Below are positions 26,990-36,707 of a DNA stretch of 64,000 nt, one piece after another (position 1 is the first letter of the stretch; the number at the start of each line of letters is the position of its first letter). The notes under the pieces are model-generated. The model was given only the letters and a program-made list of their open reading frames with translations, searched no databases and was not told where the DNA came from. The position numbers were made by a program, and so were the translations under genes. The DNA is taken from the NCBI GenBank assembly GCA_040222875.1, contig JAVKCG010000034.1, forward strand, positions 30,748-94,747, in the 5' to 3' direction. This stretch comes from Cyclobacteriaceae bacterium (GTDB taxonomy: Bacteria > Bacteroidota > Bacteroidia > Cytophagales > Cyclobacteriaceae).

Positions 26990-27496
26990 ATGAAAGCAAT
27001 TGTTCTAAATATTGCTTCAGTACTGATATACAGCCAGTTAACTGCACAGGGTTTGGAAATTCATGCCGGAATGGGCATACCTGAAACGGTAAACGGTGGG
27101 CTCAGATATGTCCATAAAGATTTTGCTGCTGGCTTAGGTTTTGGCTTCTTACCGGGATATGATCAGAGCCTTTGGACAATCTCCAGCGACTTTGGTTTCA
27201 CCTATGGTAAAATAGCCAAGAAAGCCAATTCTCGAAGAAGCCAGTTCCGCCTAGGTTTGACTTATTACCGTGAAGAAACGGAGAAACGAATCTTTAAGAA
27301 CTATTATTTCAACTTCAGGGCAGGCCGAAATTTCTTTTTCACACAAAATGTCGGCTTCGGATTTGATGCAGGTTTGGCATTTAAAGTAGCTGAGGATGTC
27401 GTTGAAAAAGAATTTATACCTCCGTCTATTGCAATTGATTTCCTGGATAAAGTCTTACCGTCCGCATCACTTAGATTCTTCTATAGAATTAATTGA
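26990..27496 (+). CDS. Small outer-membrane beta-barrel protein
   Basis: Signal peptide [20 protein letters not shown], alternating aromatic/Gly beta-strand pattern, and C-terminus LRFFYRIN. Confidence 0.55.
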   Translation: MKAIVLNIASVLIYSQLTAQGLEIHAGMGIPETVNGGLRYVHKDFAAGLGFGFLPGYDQSLWTISSDFGFTYGKIAKKANSRRSQFRLGLTYYREETEKRIFKNYYFNFRAGRNFFFTQNVGFGFDAGLAFKVAEDVVEKEFIPPSIAIDFLDKVLPSASLRFFYRIN

Positions 27497-27549
27497 TCCT
27501 GGAAAAAGCGATTTTTCTTCTAATATCGCTCTTGAAACGAAAGGGCAGT

Positions 27550-28134
27550 ATGAACAATAAGCGAATTAGGATTACCAAAGAAGAAGTACTATCTGATAAT
27601 TGGTACACTCTAAATAAGGTAACCTATGATTATCAGAATGCTGATGGCTCCTGGGAAACCCAGTCGAGGGAAGCCTATGACCGTGGCAATGGTGCCACAA
27701 TTCTTCTATACAATGTCCATAAACAAACCGTAATCCTAACAAGGCAATTCAGGATGCCTACGTACGTAAATGGTAACGATGACGGAATGATGATCGAGGC
27801 ATGTGCTGGGTTGTTGGATAAAGACAATGCCGAAGATTGCATCAAAAAGGAAACCGAAGAAGAAACTGGTTACCAAATCTCAAAAGTTAGAAAGGTATTC
27901 GAATCTTATATGTCACCGGGTTCGGTAACTGAAATACTCTACTTTTTTGTTGCAGAGTATGATAAAAGCATGAAAGTAAGTAATGGCGGTGGACTTGATG
28001 AAGAACAGGAAAATATTGAGGTGTTAGAGTTGGGATTTGAGCAAGCTTTATCGATGATTCAAAGTGGAGAAATAAAAGATGGCAAAACTATAATGTTGTT
28101 GCAATACGCACAGATTCATGGGCTGCTGAGGTAA
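27550..28134 (+). CDS. nudK: GDP-mannose pyrophosphatase NudK (Nudix hydrolase)
   Basis: Collinear with my recollection of E. coli NudK: [15 protein letters not shown] ... [16 protein letters not shown] ... [27 protein letters not shown] ... [18 protein letters not shown] ... IEVLEL ... [15 protein letters not shown] chose the ATG at 27550 (MNNKRIRI). Confidence 0.85.
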   Translation: MNNKRIRITKEEVLSDNWYTLNKVTYDYQNADGSWETQSREAYDRGNGATILLYNVHKQTVILTRQFRMPTYVNGNDDGMMIEACAGLLDKDNAEDCIKKETEEETGYQISKVRKVFESYMSPGSVTEILYFFVAEYDKSMKVSNGGGLDEEQENIEVLELGFEQALSMIQSGEIKDGKTIMLLQYAQIHGLLR

Positions 28135-28180
28135 CCTGGTAAATGCACCGCGGCAAGTAATCAGTAATTTAAATCTGGCC

Positions 28181-29215
28181 TTAAAACCTCCTCGTCCGCT
28201 CTTTCATCAAGGCAATCACTTCTTCTTCTGACGAATGTTGGTGATTAATATTCACAAAATGATTTGCCAGCCAATTGTATTTTCCAATCATTAGGTAAAA
28301 CCAGATCATGAAATAATCCAGTTTTTCAAACACAATTGCGTTGTTTTCCGCATACTTGTCAACATTTTTAAGAAAGTTACCTGGCATATCAGTCCAGTGC
28401 ATGGCGGGATGAAAATGGTGCCCAATATGGTAGCCATCATTAAAGCAGCGTTTGTTATAAACTGAGTTGATGCAAGTAATGCTATTGGTGAAATTATTGG
28501 CCGGATCTTCATGATCAATAAATGCATGTTGGGCCCAGTTACCAGCCATCATCCCAAACCGTATGATCACAAGTGGAAGGATAAAAACAAAAAGTGTAGC
28601 CTTGAAATTAATAAGTGACAATAGCACTGCCGAGATATACCAAAACCCCTCACCTTTTATGAGGTCCCGTCGCATTTTCGTTTTGTTCTTAGAAGTGAGG
28701 TATGCGTAAAGCTCAAATAGGCCAATAAACAGAAACCGGAAATAATAAGTAAGGAAGTCCAGGATGTTATCCCGCTGATAATACATTGTGCAGCTCTTGT
28801 CATCTTTCAGGTTATTCTCAGGATGATGCATCCCAATATGATGGCTGAAATATGACTCTGGAGATTGCCCCATAAAAGGGCCAAGTACCCATGGAATAAA
28901 ATTGTTGAGTAAGTAGTACTCACTTTTGAAGAACTTCCGGTGACTGGTATTGTGCAGCATTAGCGTAAATGGACCCAAAAAATAGAGCGAGATGAGGCAC
29001 AAATCAAAAATTGCAAGAGCAAACCACTGCCAGCCACTTAATAAGTCGGTATAAAGAATTAATCCCATCGGGACTACCGTAAAGGTGATTTTGAGACTCA
29101 AGTAGATAAAGGGGAGATCACGTTTGTCCCGGATAAATTTTAAAAAGAACCTATCCAGTGGCCCAAACTCCTTCTCCTTAAATACAGGGTCTTTTATCTT
29201 TTCAAGCTGCTTCAA
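28181..29215 (-). CDS. Membrane fatty-acid-desaturase-family protein (three His boxes)
   Basis: His boxes HNTSH, HIGMHH and HIGHH, with several TM helices. Confidence 0.75.
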   Translation of the reverse strand: MKQLEKIKDPVFKEKEFGPLDRFFLKFIRDKRDLPFIYLSLKITFTVVPMGLILYTDLLSGWQWFALAIFDLCLISLYFLGPFTLMLHNTSHRKFFKSEYYLLNNFIPWVLGPFMGQSPESYFSHHIGMHHPENNLKDDKSCTMYYQRDNILDFLTYYFRFLFIGLFELYAYLTSKNKTKMRRDLIKGEGFWYISAVLLSLINFKATLFVFILPLVIIRFGMMAGNWAQHAFIDHEDPANNFTNSITCINSVYNKRCFNDGYHIGHHFHPAMHWTDMPGNFLKNVDKYAENNAIVFEKLDYFMIWFYLMIGKYNWLANHFVNINHQHSSEEEVIALMKERTRRF

Positions 29216-29294
29216 TCGGTACTACTTTTTCGGATGTGCAAAGTTAAATGATGAAATGGAATCCTGATATGATAGTGAACAGATTGGAACCTAT

Positions 29295-30314
29295 TTAAAG
29301 TTTTCTCTCGAGTTCCTCCAATCGCTTCATCATTTCCGGTAGTTTTTTCCAGGTAACCCAAACTTTCTTGGTATGTGTGAAATCCATCACTGGTGCACCT
29401 AACAACACCCTTCCCTCCTGCTGGATGGATGACATGACACCACCCTTCGGGGATATCTGGGTTTTATTGGCCACATCAACATGACCAACAACTCCCACTT
29501 GACCACCAAAAAGGCAGTTCTCACCAATAGTTGCAGAACCCGCAATACCTGCTTGTGCCGCCACTGCGCTGTCCTTTCCGATCACAACATTGTGCCCAAT
29601 ATGAACCAGGTTGTCCAGCTTAACACCAGCTTCAATTCTTGTGGAATTAACAGTTGCCCTATCTATGGTTGTATTAGCTCCAATGCTTACGTGATCACCA
29701 AGAACTACATTTCCGATTTGAGGTATTCGTTTCAATGAGCCACCATTCTGTGGGGCAAAACCAAAGCCCTCGCTGCCTATTACGGCGCCTGCATGTATGG
29801 TACAATGATTTCCAATTACTGAATTACCATAAATCTTTACTCCCGGAAAAATGACAGTATCAGTCCCAATTGAAACATTTTCGCCAATGTAGACCTGAGG
29901 GTAGATTTTTACACCATCTGCCACCCTACACCCAGCCGATAAGTAAGAAAAAGCTCCGATGTATATGTCCTTACCAATGTGGGATGTTTGATCAATAGAA
30001 ACTGGTTCCTCAATCCCTGTTTTGATTTGAGCCGTTTCCCTTTCAAAAAGTTCCAGAATTTGGGCCCATGAAGTATACGGATCATTTACATAGATGACAT
30101 TCTTCAGCGCCTTTCTGGGCTTGAAATTATTGGAGACTAAAACTGCAGCCGCATTAGACTCATAAAGTGCTTTTTCATACTTAGGATTAATAAAAAACGA
30201 TAGCGAATCTTTTTGGGCATCCTTTAAAGTAGATAGTGAATTAATCACTAGTGACCCGTCCATTTGATGGGTGCCATCTACCAATTTTGCAACCTTTCCT
30301 ACTGTCAACTGCAT
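29295..30314 (-). CDS. lpxD: UDP-3-O-acylglucosamine N-acyltransferase (LpxD)
   Basis: N-terminal MQLTVGKVAKLVDG ... domain, a long left-handed beta-helix hexapeptide region (IGENVSIGTDTVIFPGVKIYGNSVIGNHCTIHAGAVIGSEGFGF ...) and a C-terminal helix. ATG at 30314 is preferred over TTG at 30326. Confidence 0.9.
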   Translation of the reverse strand: MQLTVGKVAKLVDGTHQMDGSLVINSLSTLKDAQKDSLSFFINPKYEKALYESNAAAVLVSNNFKPRKALKNVIYVNDPYTSWAQILELFERETAQIKTGIEEPVSIDQTSHIGKDIYIGAFSYLSAGCRVADGVKIYPQVYIGENVSIGTDTVIFPGVKIYGNSVIGNHCTIHAGAVIGSEGFGFAPQNGGSLKRIPQIGNVVLGDHVSIGANTTIDRATVNSTRIEAGVKLDNLVHIGHNVVIGKDSAVAAQAGIAGSATIGENCLFGGQVGVVGHVDVANKTQISPKGGVMSSIQQEGRVLLGAPVMDFTHTKKVWVTWKKLPEMMKRLEELERKL

Positions 30315-30424
30315 CTTAGAGACCAAGTTAGGTAATGGCGGCTTTATGGCGGATGCAATCGACTTTAATTAATTAGGAGGTATTTAGGGGTAAATACCGA
30401 TTTTATTGACATACAGGTGAACTT

Positions 30425-31420
30425 GTGAAGAAAGTAATGGCGCAAAGCCCAAACGAACTAATTTTTAAGTATCTCTCAGGAGACTGCTCTGAGCAGGAAG
30501 TGTCAATTATTGAGCGTTGGATCAATGATTCTCCAGATAACCAAAAAGAATTCAACCATTTGCAAACAATCTGGGAGAAAGGCGAAATAGCCCATTTAGA
30601 ACCAAATATTGACCTCGCCTGGAACAAGGTCAAAAATCAGACACTTGAACCCAAACTTAAAGTTGCCTTCAAAAGTAGCCGTGGTGGTTTAACAAGATTG
30701 CACTGGTTGTCAGGTATAGCAGCATCAATCATACTAATAGCTGTTGCTGTATTCAGCGTAATAAACACCTCAGAAGATTGGAAAAAACTTCCGGTAAGCA
30801 ATCAGATCAACACACTCCATGAACTTCCTGATGGGTCAAGAGTATGGTTGAAAAATGATGCTAAGTTAAGTTACTACTTCACCGATGATACCCGTTCTCT
30901 GCGGTTATCAGGTGAGGCTTATTTTGATGTAAGAAAAAACTCTAAACAACCCTTTATCGTTTCATTAGGTGCGGCAGATATTACAGTTGTTGGTACTTCA
31001 TTTTATGCTAAGTCAGAACTAAATAAGTCTTATCAAGTCAGCGTTACATCTGGGGTCGTCGTTTTTACGGATTCAGAAGATGAGGACAAATCTGTCACGT
31101 TAAAAGCAAATGAAGAGGCGCTACTTGAACTTTCTACCAATAATATCATTATTAGAAAAATAGAAGACCCAAACCTGCTTACATGGCAATCGGGTGAGTT
31201 TGTTTTCAATAAAACCCCATTGAGTATAGTAATCTCTCAATTGGCCGAATATTATAATGTCGAGATCAATCTCGAAAATGATGATTTGGGTAATTGCCTT
31301 ATTACATCAAAATTCAACAATCAATCAGTTGATGAAGTGCTTGACATCATTGGCAGGCTCCTATCCGCTGAACTCATCCAAACTGAGGAAAGTTATCTAC
31401 TGAAAGGAAAGGGCTGTTAA
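30425..31420 (+). CDS. FecR-family anti-sigma / sensor protein
   Basis: LIFKYLSGDCSEQEVSIIERWINDSPDNQKEF, a single TM (WLSGIAASIILIAVAVF), and a FecR periplasmic domain (LPDGSRVWLKNDAKLSY ... GEAYFDV ... PFIV). Confidence 0.85.
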   Translation: MKKVMAQSPNELIFKYLSGDCSEQEVSIIERWINDSPDNQKEFNHLQTIWEKGEIAHLEPNIDLAWNKVKNQTLEPKLKVAFKSSRGGLTRLHWLSGIAASIILIAVAVFSVINTSEDWKKLPVSNQINTLHELPDGSRVWLKNDAKLSYYFTDDTRSLRLSGEAYFDVRKNSKQPFIVSLGAADITVVGTSFYAKSELNKSYQVSVTSGVVVFTDSEDEDKSVTLKANEEALLELSTNNIIIRKIEDPNLLTWQSGEFVFNKTPLSIVISQLAEYYNVEINLENDDLGNCLITSKFNNQSVDEVLDIIGRLLSAELIQTEESYLLKGKGC

Positions 31421-31437
31421 TCATTCCCTCCCTGACA

Positions 31438-31467
31438 TTTCCCATCACAATCTTTTAAATAGATTTG
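31438..31467 (+). promoter_or_regulatory. Putative Bacteroidota-type promoter (TTTC, 18-nt spacer, TAGATTTG) upstream of the TonB receptor
   Basis: TAGATTTG at 31460-31467 matches TAnnTTTG. It lies 30 nt upstream of the ORF start at 31497. Confidence 0.3.
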
Positions 31468-31496
31468 TGTAAGGGGAAGATAACTGCGCCTAAAGA

Positions 31497-34166
31497 TTGT
31501 TTTTTGGACAAAACGAAACGATTCCAGCTGGAAAGAGCTTTATAACTACATGGCTTCTATGTGTCATATGGTCATTTTATGGTCAAGCCCAGATCGATCC
31601 TATTGAGAGGGTTGCAACCCTAACATCCGGTAAACGGTCAATCGAATCTTGTCTTATTGAACTTGCCTCTCAAGGTATTGAACTTAGTTACAGTGATAAC
31701 ATCCTCCCACTTCGAAAAACAGTCGAAATCAAGATCACAAAACGCTCAGTTTATCAACACTTTCTGACTCTTTTTGATGATGAAAAGGTGGGGTTTGAAT
31801 CACGGGGAAATTTGATTTTGCTTTATCGTTCAAAGAAAAAGTTGAGCAAAAAAATTGTATTAAGCGGGTACGTTTGGGATGCTATTTCAGGAGAAAGCCT
31901 GATTGATGCGCATGTGTGGGTTGATTCCCTAAATCGAGGCACAACTACCAATGAATACGGCTTTTATTCGCTTTCAATCCGTCATGGCACCCATAAAATT
32001 TCATCAAGCTATTTAGGGGTTAATAAAACCACAGAGCCATTACTTTTTAGAGAAAACACCCGACTGAATTTTAACCTTGAGATACCAGTTTCAGAATTGA
32101 ATGAAGTGATTGTTTCTTCAAGGGATCAAGATGTTGATTTAAAGCAAACCCCAACGGGTTACCATAAAATAGATTTAAATACTTTTTCACAAGTACCTTA
32201 TTTTTTAGGGGAGGTTGATATCCTGCAAGGTGCTTTGATGCTGCCTGGAATCAAGAACTTAGGAGAAGATGCAATTGGGCTTAACATAAGGGGTGGAAGT
32301 ACAGATCAGAATTTAATTCTTTTGGACGAAGCTCCGATTTATAACTCATCGCATTTATTTGGGCTCATTTCTGTTTTTAACCCTGATGCAGTTCAGCAAG
32401 TGGAAATTCACAAAAGCGGACTACCAGCCAAACACGGAGGGAGGGCCTCATCGGTAATTAACGTCCGTAAAAAAGATGGGAATGATAAGGAATATCATAT
32501 GACAGGTGGAATAGGATTGGCATCAACCAGATTAATGGTTGAAGGACCTTTGAAAATGGAGAGAAGTTCATTTTTGCTCTCTGCCAGAAGTTCTTTTACC
32601 AATTTTAGTTTCTTCAATTTCGGAGATGACATCTCATTTAATGATACCAGAGCTAGTTTTCATGACCTCAATGCAAAACTCAACTTTAAAATCAATAAGA
32701 AGAATAAGGTTTACTTATCTGGTTATTTCGGAAACGACCGAAACAGAATCGGTGAAGATCAACTAAGAAGATGGGGAAATAACACCGTCACTTTTAGATG
32801 GAACCGACAAATTACGCCTAAGCTCTTCATGAATACCACCGCTTATTTCAGTGAGTATTCTTACAGAACAGGCCAGCCAAACAAAGGTATTGGCGAGTTT
32901 ATCGGCACAGCTTCTAATACGGACTATGCAGTTAAGTCTGATTTCTCCTATTTCCAAAGCCCGGGAAACAGCTTTGATTTTGGTGCTGGACTAATTTTTC
33001 ACAGAATTCATCCGGGAGACAGGGAGCCAAATATCGGCAACGAAACTTTTAATGCTATTCAGCTTGACTCAAAGCATGCAATAGAGCCTTATGTTTATTT
33101 TGCCAATCAACAGCAAATCTCGGATCGTATTAACCTCAACTATGGCATTCGGTTTTCACAATTGAATAATATTGGGCCTGGTGAGGTTTTTATCTATGAG
33201 GAAAATGAGGTCAGAGAAACTGAAAATATTATTGACACAATAAATTATAAAAACAATGAGCTCATAAAAAGCTACAAGGGAGTTGAGCCTCGTATTTCAA
33301 TTAACTATACGGTTGGTCAAAATTCGTCATTCAAACTCAGTTTTGACAGGACTGTGCAATACATGCACCTTATTTCAAATACTGCCTCACCGTCTCCAAC
33401 TGATGTTTGGCAACTAAGTGACACTTACATCAAGCCTCAGGAGGCCAATCAATTGACTTTCGGATATCAGCAATTTTTGGGTGAACATTTTGAACTAACT
33501 GCTGAAGTATTTGGTCGGAAGATGTATGAAATTATAGATTATAAAAATGGGGCTGACCTGTTGCTAAATAACTCAATAGAAACCGAACTACTTTCTGGTG
33601 ATGGCAGGGCATTTGGATTCGAATTCCTGATCAAGAAAAATCATGATAAACTCTCTGGCTGGATCAGTTATAACCTGTCAAAATCTGAGAGGCGGATAAG
33701 AGGTATAACGCCGGAGTTATCAGTCAATGAAGGCCGATATTTCCCAGCAGATTTTGATCGGTTGCATGATTTTACAATGGTCGGCATTTATAATATCAAT
33801 AACAGGTGGAGCCTCTCTTCTAGTTTTGTTTTCAGAACAGGGCGGCCCATTACTTTACCCAATGCCAAATATGAATTTGAAAACTCAGTAGTTCCCAATT
33901 TTAGTGAGCGTAACAATGGGCGAATTGCCAATTATCATAGGCTTGACATCAGCGCAGTTTTCAAAGGTAAAAAGGCGTCTAAGAGGAAAAGGGAACAAAA
34001 AGTAGAGGATTATTGGACCTTTTCAGTATATAATGTTTACTCACGGAGAAATGCCTTCTCTTACTTCTTTAGACAATCCGAAGAGGTCCCGTTCCAAACT
34101 GAAATAGTCAAGTATTCCATCCTGGGCTCAATTGTACCAGCTATAACTTACAATTTCAGGTTTTGA
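31497..34166 (+). CDS. TonB-dependent receptor/transducer: STN signalling domain, CarboxypepD_reg domain, plug and barrel
   Basis: STN-like segment is LIELASQGIELSYSDNILPL ... GNLILLYR. CarboxypepD_reg segment is LSGYVWDAISGESLIDAHVWV ... TTTNEYGFYSL. Plug segment is IRGGSTDQNLILLDEAPIYN. C-terminus is ITYNFRF. The start codon (TTG) is uncertain. Confidence 0.85.
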   Translation: MFFGQNETIPAGKSFITTWLLCVIWSFYGQAQIDPIERVATLTSGKRSIESCLIELASQGIELSYSDNILPLRKTVEIKITKRSVYQHFLTLFDDEKVGFESRGNLILLYRSKKKLSKKIVLSGYVWDAISGESLIDAHVWVDSLNRGTTTNEYGFYSLSIRHGTHKISSSYLGVNKTTEPLLFRENTRLNFNLEIPVSELNEVIVSSRDQDVDLKQTPTGYHKIDLNTFSQVPYFLGEVDILQGALMLPGIKNLGEDAIGLNIRGGSTDQNLILLDEAPIYNSSHLFGLISVFNPDAVQQVEIHKSGLPAKHGGRASSVINVRKKDGNDKEYHMTGGIGLASTRLMVEGPLKMERSSFLLSARSSFTNFSFFNFGDDISFNDTRASFHDLNAKLNFKINKKNKVYLSGYFGNDRNRIGEDQLRRWGNNTVTFRWNRQITPKLFMNTTAYFSEYSYRTGQPNKGIGEFIGTASNTDYAVKSDFSYFQSPGNSFDFGAGLIFHRIHPGDREPNIGNETFNAIQLDSKHAIEPYVYFANQQQISDRINLNYGIRFSQLNNIGPGEVFIYEENEVRETENIIDTINYKNNELIKSYKGVEPRISINYTVGQNSSFKLSFDRTVQYMHLISNTASPSPTDVWQLSDTYIKPQEANQLTFGYQQFLGEHFELTAEVFGRKMYEIIDYKNGADLLLNNSIETELLSGDGRAFGFEFLIKKNHDKLSGWISYNLSKSERRIRGITPELSVNEGRYFPADFDRLHDFTMVGIYNINNRWSLSSSFVFRTGRPITLPNAKYEFENSVVPNFSERNNGRIANYHRLDISAVFKGKKASKRKREQKVEDYWTFSVYNVYSRRNAFSYFFRQSEEVPFQTEIVKYSILGSIVPAITYNFRF

Positions 34167-34987
34167 CCCGGTTCATCATCATAGCGCTATTTGTTGTTCT
34201 GTGGTCATGTGAGGATCCAGTCAGCATTAACATACCAAATTCTACCCCAAAACTTGTTGTTGATGGTGTAATTACCGATGTACAAACATTACAGGAAATC
34301 AGATTATTATACTCAAATGATTTTAACAGCACAACGGGCACCGATAAGGCAAATGGTGCAACTGTCAGAATTATTGATAATATCGGTCAGGCCATCGACT
34401 TCTTAGAGGCTACAGATGGCCTCTACCAATCGACAGCAGTGGTAAGCGGGAATTATGGAAATTCGTATCAGTTACAAATTGAACTATCTGACGGAACTAC
34501 CTACGAGTCAGATTTTCAAGTTTTGAAGCCGACACCAGCCATTGATTTTCTTTCGGTTAACATTGTCCCCAACCTTCGAAACGACGACCCCGAGGTGTTC
34601 AATGTTAGTGTGCATACAACCGATTTCATTGAAATGGGGGATTTTTATCGTTGGAAAATTTTCAAAAATGGCTTTCAACTGGGCAATATTTCAGATGTCA
34701 TTTTGAGATCAGACCGGTTATTCAATCAGAATCAATTTTCGGTAGAGTTCGATGCCTTCGAATTTTCCAGTGGGGACTCATGCATCATTGAGCAGTATTC
34801 ATTGAGTGAACCCGCCTTCGAGTTTTTTAGGCTGCTTCAGATTCAAACGGGAGAGTTAGGCAGGTCTACAAGCACTGAGCCATCCCCTGTAAAAAGCAAT
34901 ATTTACAATATCAATGACCACTCAGAAGTTGTGCTTGGGTTCTTTTACGCAACCAGCGTATCACAAGCTGAGATTGTGGTGGAATAA
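34163..34987 (+). CDS. DUF4249 lipoprotein (usual partner of CarboxypepD_reg TonB receptors)
   Basis: LFVVLWSCEDPVSINIPNSTPKLVVDGVITD is a lipobox plus the typical DUF4249 N-terminus. The TTGA start/stop overlaps the receptor gene. Confidence 0.7.
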   Translation: MTRFIIIALFVVLWSCEDPVSINIPNSTPKLVVDGVITDVQTLQEIRLLYSNDFNSTTGTDKANGATVRIIDNIGQAIDFLEATDGLYQSTAVVSGNYGNSYQLQIELSDGTTYESDFQVLKPTPAIDFLSVNIVPNLRNDDPEVFNVSVHTTDFIEMGDFYRWKIFKNGFQLGNISDVILRSDRLFNQNQFSVEFDAFEFSSGDSCIIEQYSLSEPAFEFFRLLQIQTGELGRSTSTEPSPVKSNIYNINDHSEVVLGFFYATSVSQAEIVVE

Positions 34988-35019
34988 TCCGTTAGATTAG
35001 TTACTACAAAAGCCTTTTA

Positions 35020-35883
35020 GTGATTACAACAATCATCATAATTCTTCTGATCCTTTATCTGATAGCCAATGTGATTGTTTATTTCTGGCAAGAAAAATTT
35101 CTTTTTAAAGCAGAAAAGCTACCCGAAGATTTCGAATTCAAATATCCCGACCAGGAATTTAAAGAATACAATGTTGAAGTTGAGGATGGCGTCAACATCA
35201 ATGCGGTTCATTTTTGCCTACCGCACCCCAAGGGTATTGTATTGTACCTAAAAGGTAACTCCAAATCGATCAAAGGGTGGGGAAAATTTGCCATAGACTT
35301 CACCAGGCTTGGCTTTGATGTAGTTATGGTTGATTACCGCGGTTTTGGCAAGAGCACCGGAAGGCGGACAGAAGATGATATTAAGAAAGACCTTCAGCAT
35401 GTTTACAATATGATCAGTAATCAGGTTGATGAGAAATACATTATCCTTTATGGAAGATCATTGGGATCGGGTTTCGCAGCCAAATTGGCCTCCATCAATA
35501 ACCCTAGAATGGTGGTACTGGAGTCACCTTACTACTCGTTGACAAAAGTGACTGGCCGATACGTACCATTCATGCCGATGTCTCTTCTTTTAAGGTTTCC
35601 GATTAAGACACACGTTTGGATGAAATATATTAACTGTCCCATAAAAATTATCCATGGCACAAATGATCGCTTGATCCCATTTAAAACCGGAATAGCCTTG
35701 TCAGAAATTAAGCCGGAAATTACCCGTTTGTACCCGGTGATTGGCGGTGGGCACAATAATCTCCATACCTTTGAAGAATACCACAGAATGTTGGAAGAAA
35801 TACTCAACTCAAAGCTACCAGAGCCGGTCGACCCCGAAGAAACAAGCCTTAACTTCAAAAGGAAAAAAGCCCTTAACAATTGA
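35020..35883 (+). CDS. Alpha/beta hydrolase, Bem46/ABHD13-like (paralog 1)
   Basis: N-terminal TM, nucleophile elbow YGRSLGSG, GTNDRLIP and GGGHNNL (Ser-Asp-His). The oxyanion-region motif is KGNSKS instead of HGNAGN. Confidence 0.75.
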   Translation: MITTIIIILLILYLIANVIVYFWQEKFLFKAEKLPEDFEFKYPDQEFKEYNVEVEDGVNINAVHFCLPHPKGIVLYLKGNSKSIKGWGKFAIDFTRLGFDVVMVDYRGFGKSTGRRTEDDIKKDLQHVYNMISNQVDEKYIILYGRSLGSGFAAKLASINNPRMVVLESPYYSLTKVTGRYVPFMPMSLLLRFPIKTHVWMKYINCPIKIIHGTNDRLIPFKTGIALSEIKPEITRLYPVIGGGHNNLHTFEEYHRMLEEILNSKLPEPVDPEETSLNFKRKKALNN

Positions 35884-36683
35884 TTTCTATTCTCAAGTAT
35901 ATTTTTCTGGTATCACTCGGATTGTACACAATAATTGTGGCTCTCCTCTATTTTGCACAGGAAGCTTTTATCTTCCAACCAGACTCCCTAACCCCAAATC
36001 ATCAATATCACTTTAACAGTGAATTTGAAGAGTTTAATTTAACCGCCCAAGACGGAGCCCGATTGAATGCATTGCATTTTAAAGCTCACGAACCCAAAGG
36101 TGTAATTCTCTATTTTCATGGAAATGCTGGTAACCTCGATAGATGGGGAGAGGTGGTCGAATACCATGTTCAACTTGGCTATGATGCCATCATTATGGAC
36201 TATCGTAAGTATGGTAAAAGCACTGGTAAATGGTCACATAACAAATTTTTATCGGATGCTGAGCTGTTCTATGATTACACCCAGGAACATTATCCAGAAG
36301 ACCGCATAACCGTCTACGGCAGGTCGCTGGGTACTGGGCCTGCAAGTTGGGTGGCATCCCGAAACAGACCAGCCAAACTCATCCTGGAAACACCTTACAC
36401 CAGTATGGTCGAAATGGGCCGGAATTTTTACCCGATAGCACCAGTAGGTTTGTTGATCAGGTACAATTTCGCACCGAAGCGATACCTTCAAAAGGTCAAT
36501 TGCCCAATTTACATTCTTCACGGTACGTCAGATATGATCGTACCCTTTAAATTCGGTCAGGAGCTTTTCGAGATGTTCAATGGGGAAAAACAGATTGAAT
36601 TGATTTCCATTGAAAATGGAGGCCATAACAACCTGGTCGAATTTGATGAATTTCGATCTTCAATTGAGCGAATTTTACAATAG
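35880..36683 (+). CDS. Alpha/beta hydrolase, Bem46/ABHD13-like (paralog 2)
   Basis: YFHGNAGNLDRWG, YGRSLGTG, GTSDMIVP and NGGHNNL. The TTG start overlaps the upstream stop (TTGA). Confidence 0.8.
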   Translation: MISILKYIFLVSLGLYTIIVALLYFAQEAFIFQPDSLTPNHQYHFNSEFEEFNLTAQDGARLNALHFKAHEPKGVILYFHGNAGNLDRWGEVVEYHVQLGYDAIIMDYRKYGKSTGKWSHNKFLSDAELFYDYTQEHYPEDRITVYGRSLGTGPASWVASRNRPAKLILETPYTSMVEMGRNFYPIAPVGLLIRYNFAPKRYLQKVNCPIYILHGTSDMIVPFKFGQELFEMFNGEKQIELISIENGGHNNLVEFDEFRSSIERILQ

Positions 36684-36707
36684 CTTTATTGGCTAATCTT
36701 TCAGCAT

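Noticed and set aside
26836-27084. 82-aa ORF overlapping the start of the outer-membrane barrel gene
   Set aside because: It is out of frame with, and overlaps, the better-supported ORF 26990-27496 (signal peptide plus beta-barrel pattern). It has no motifs of its own.
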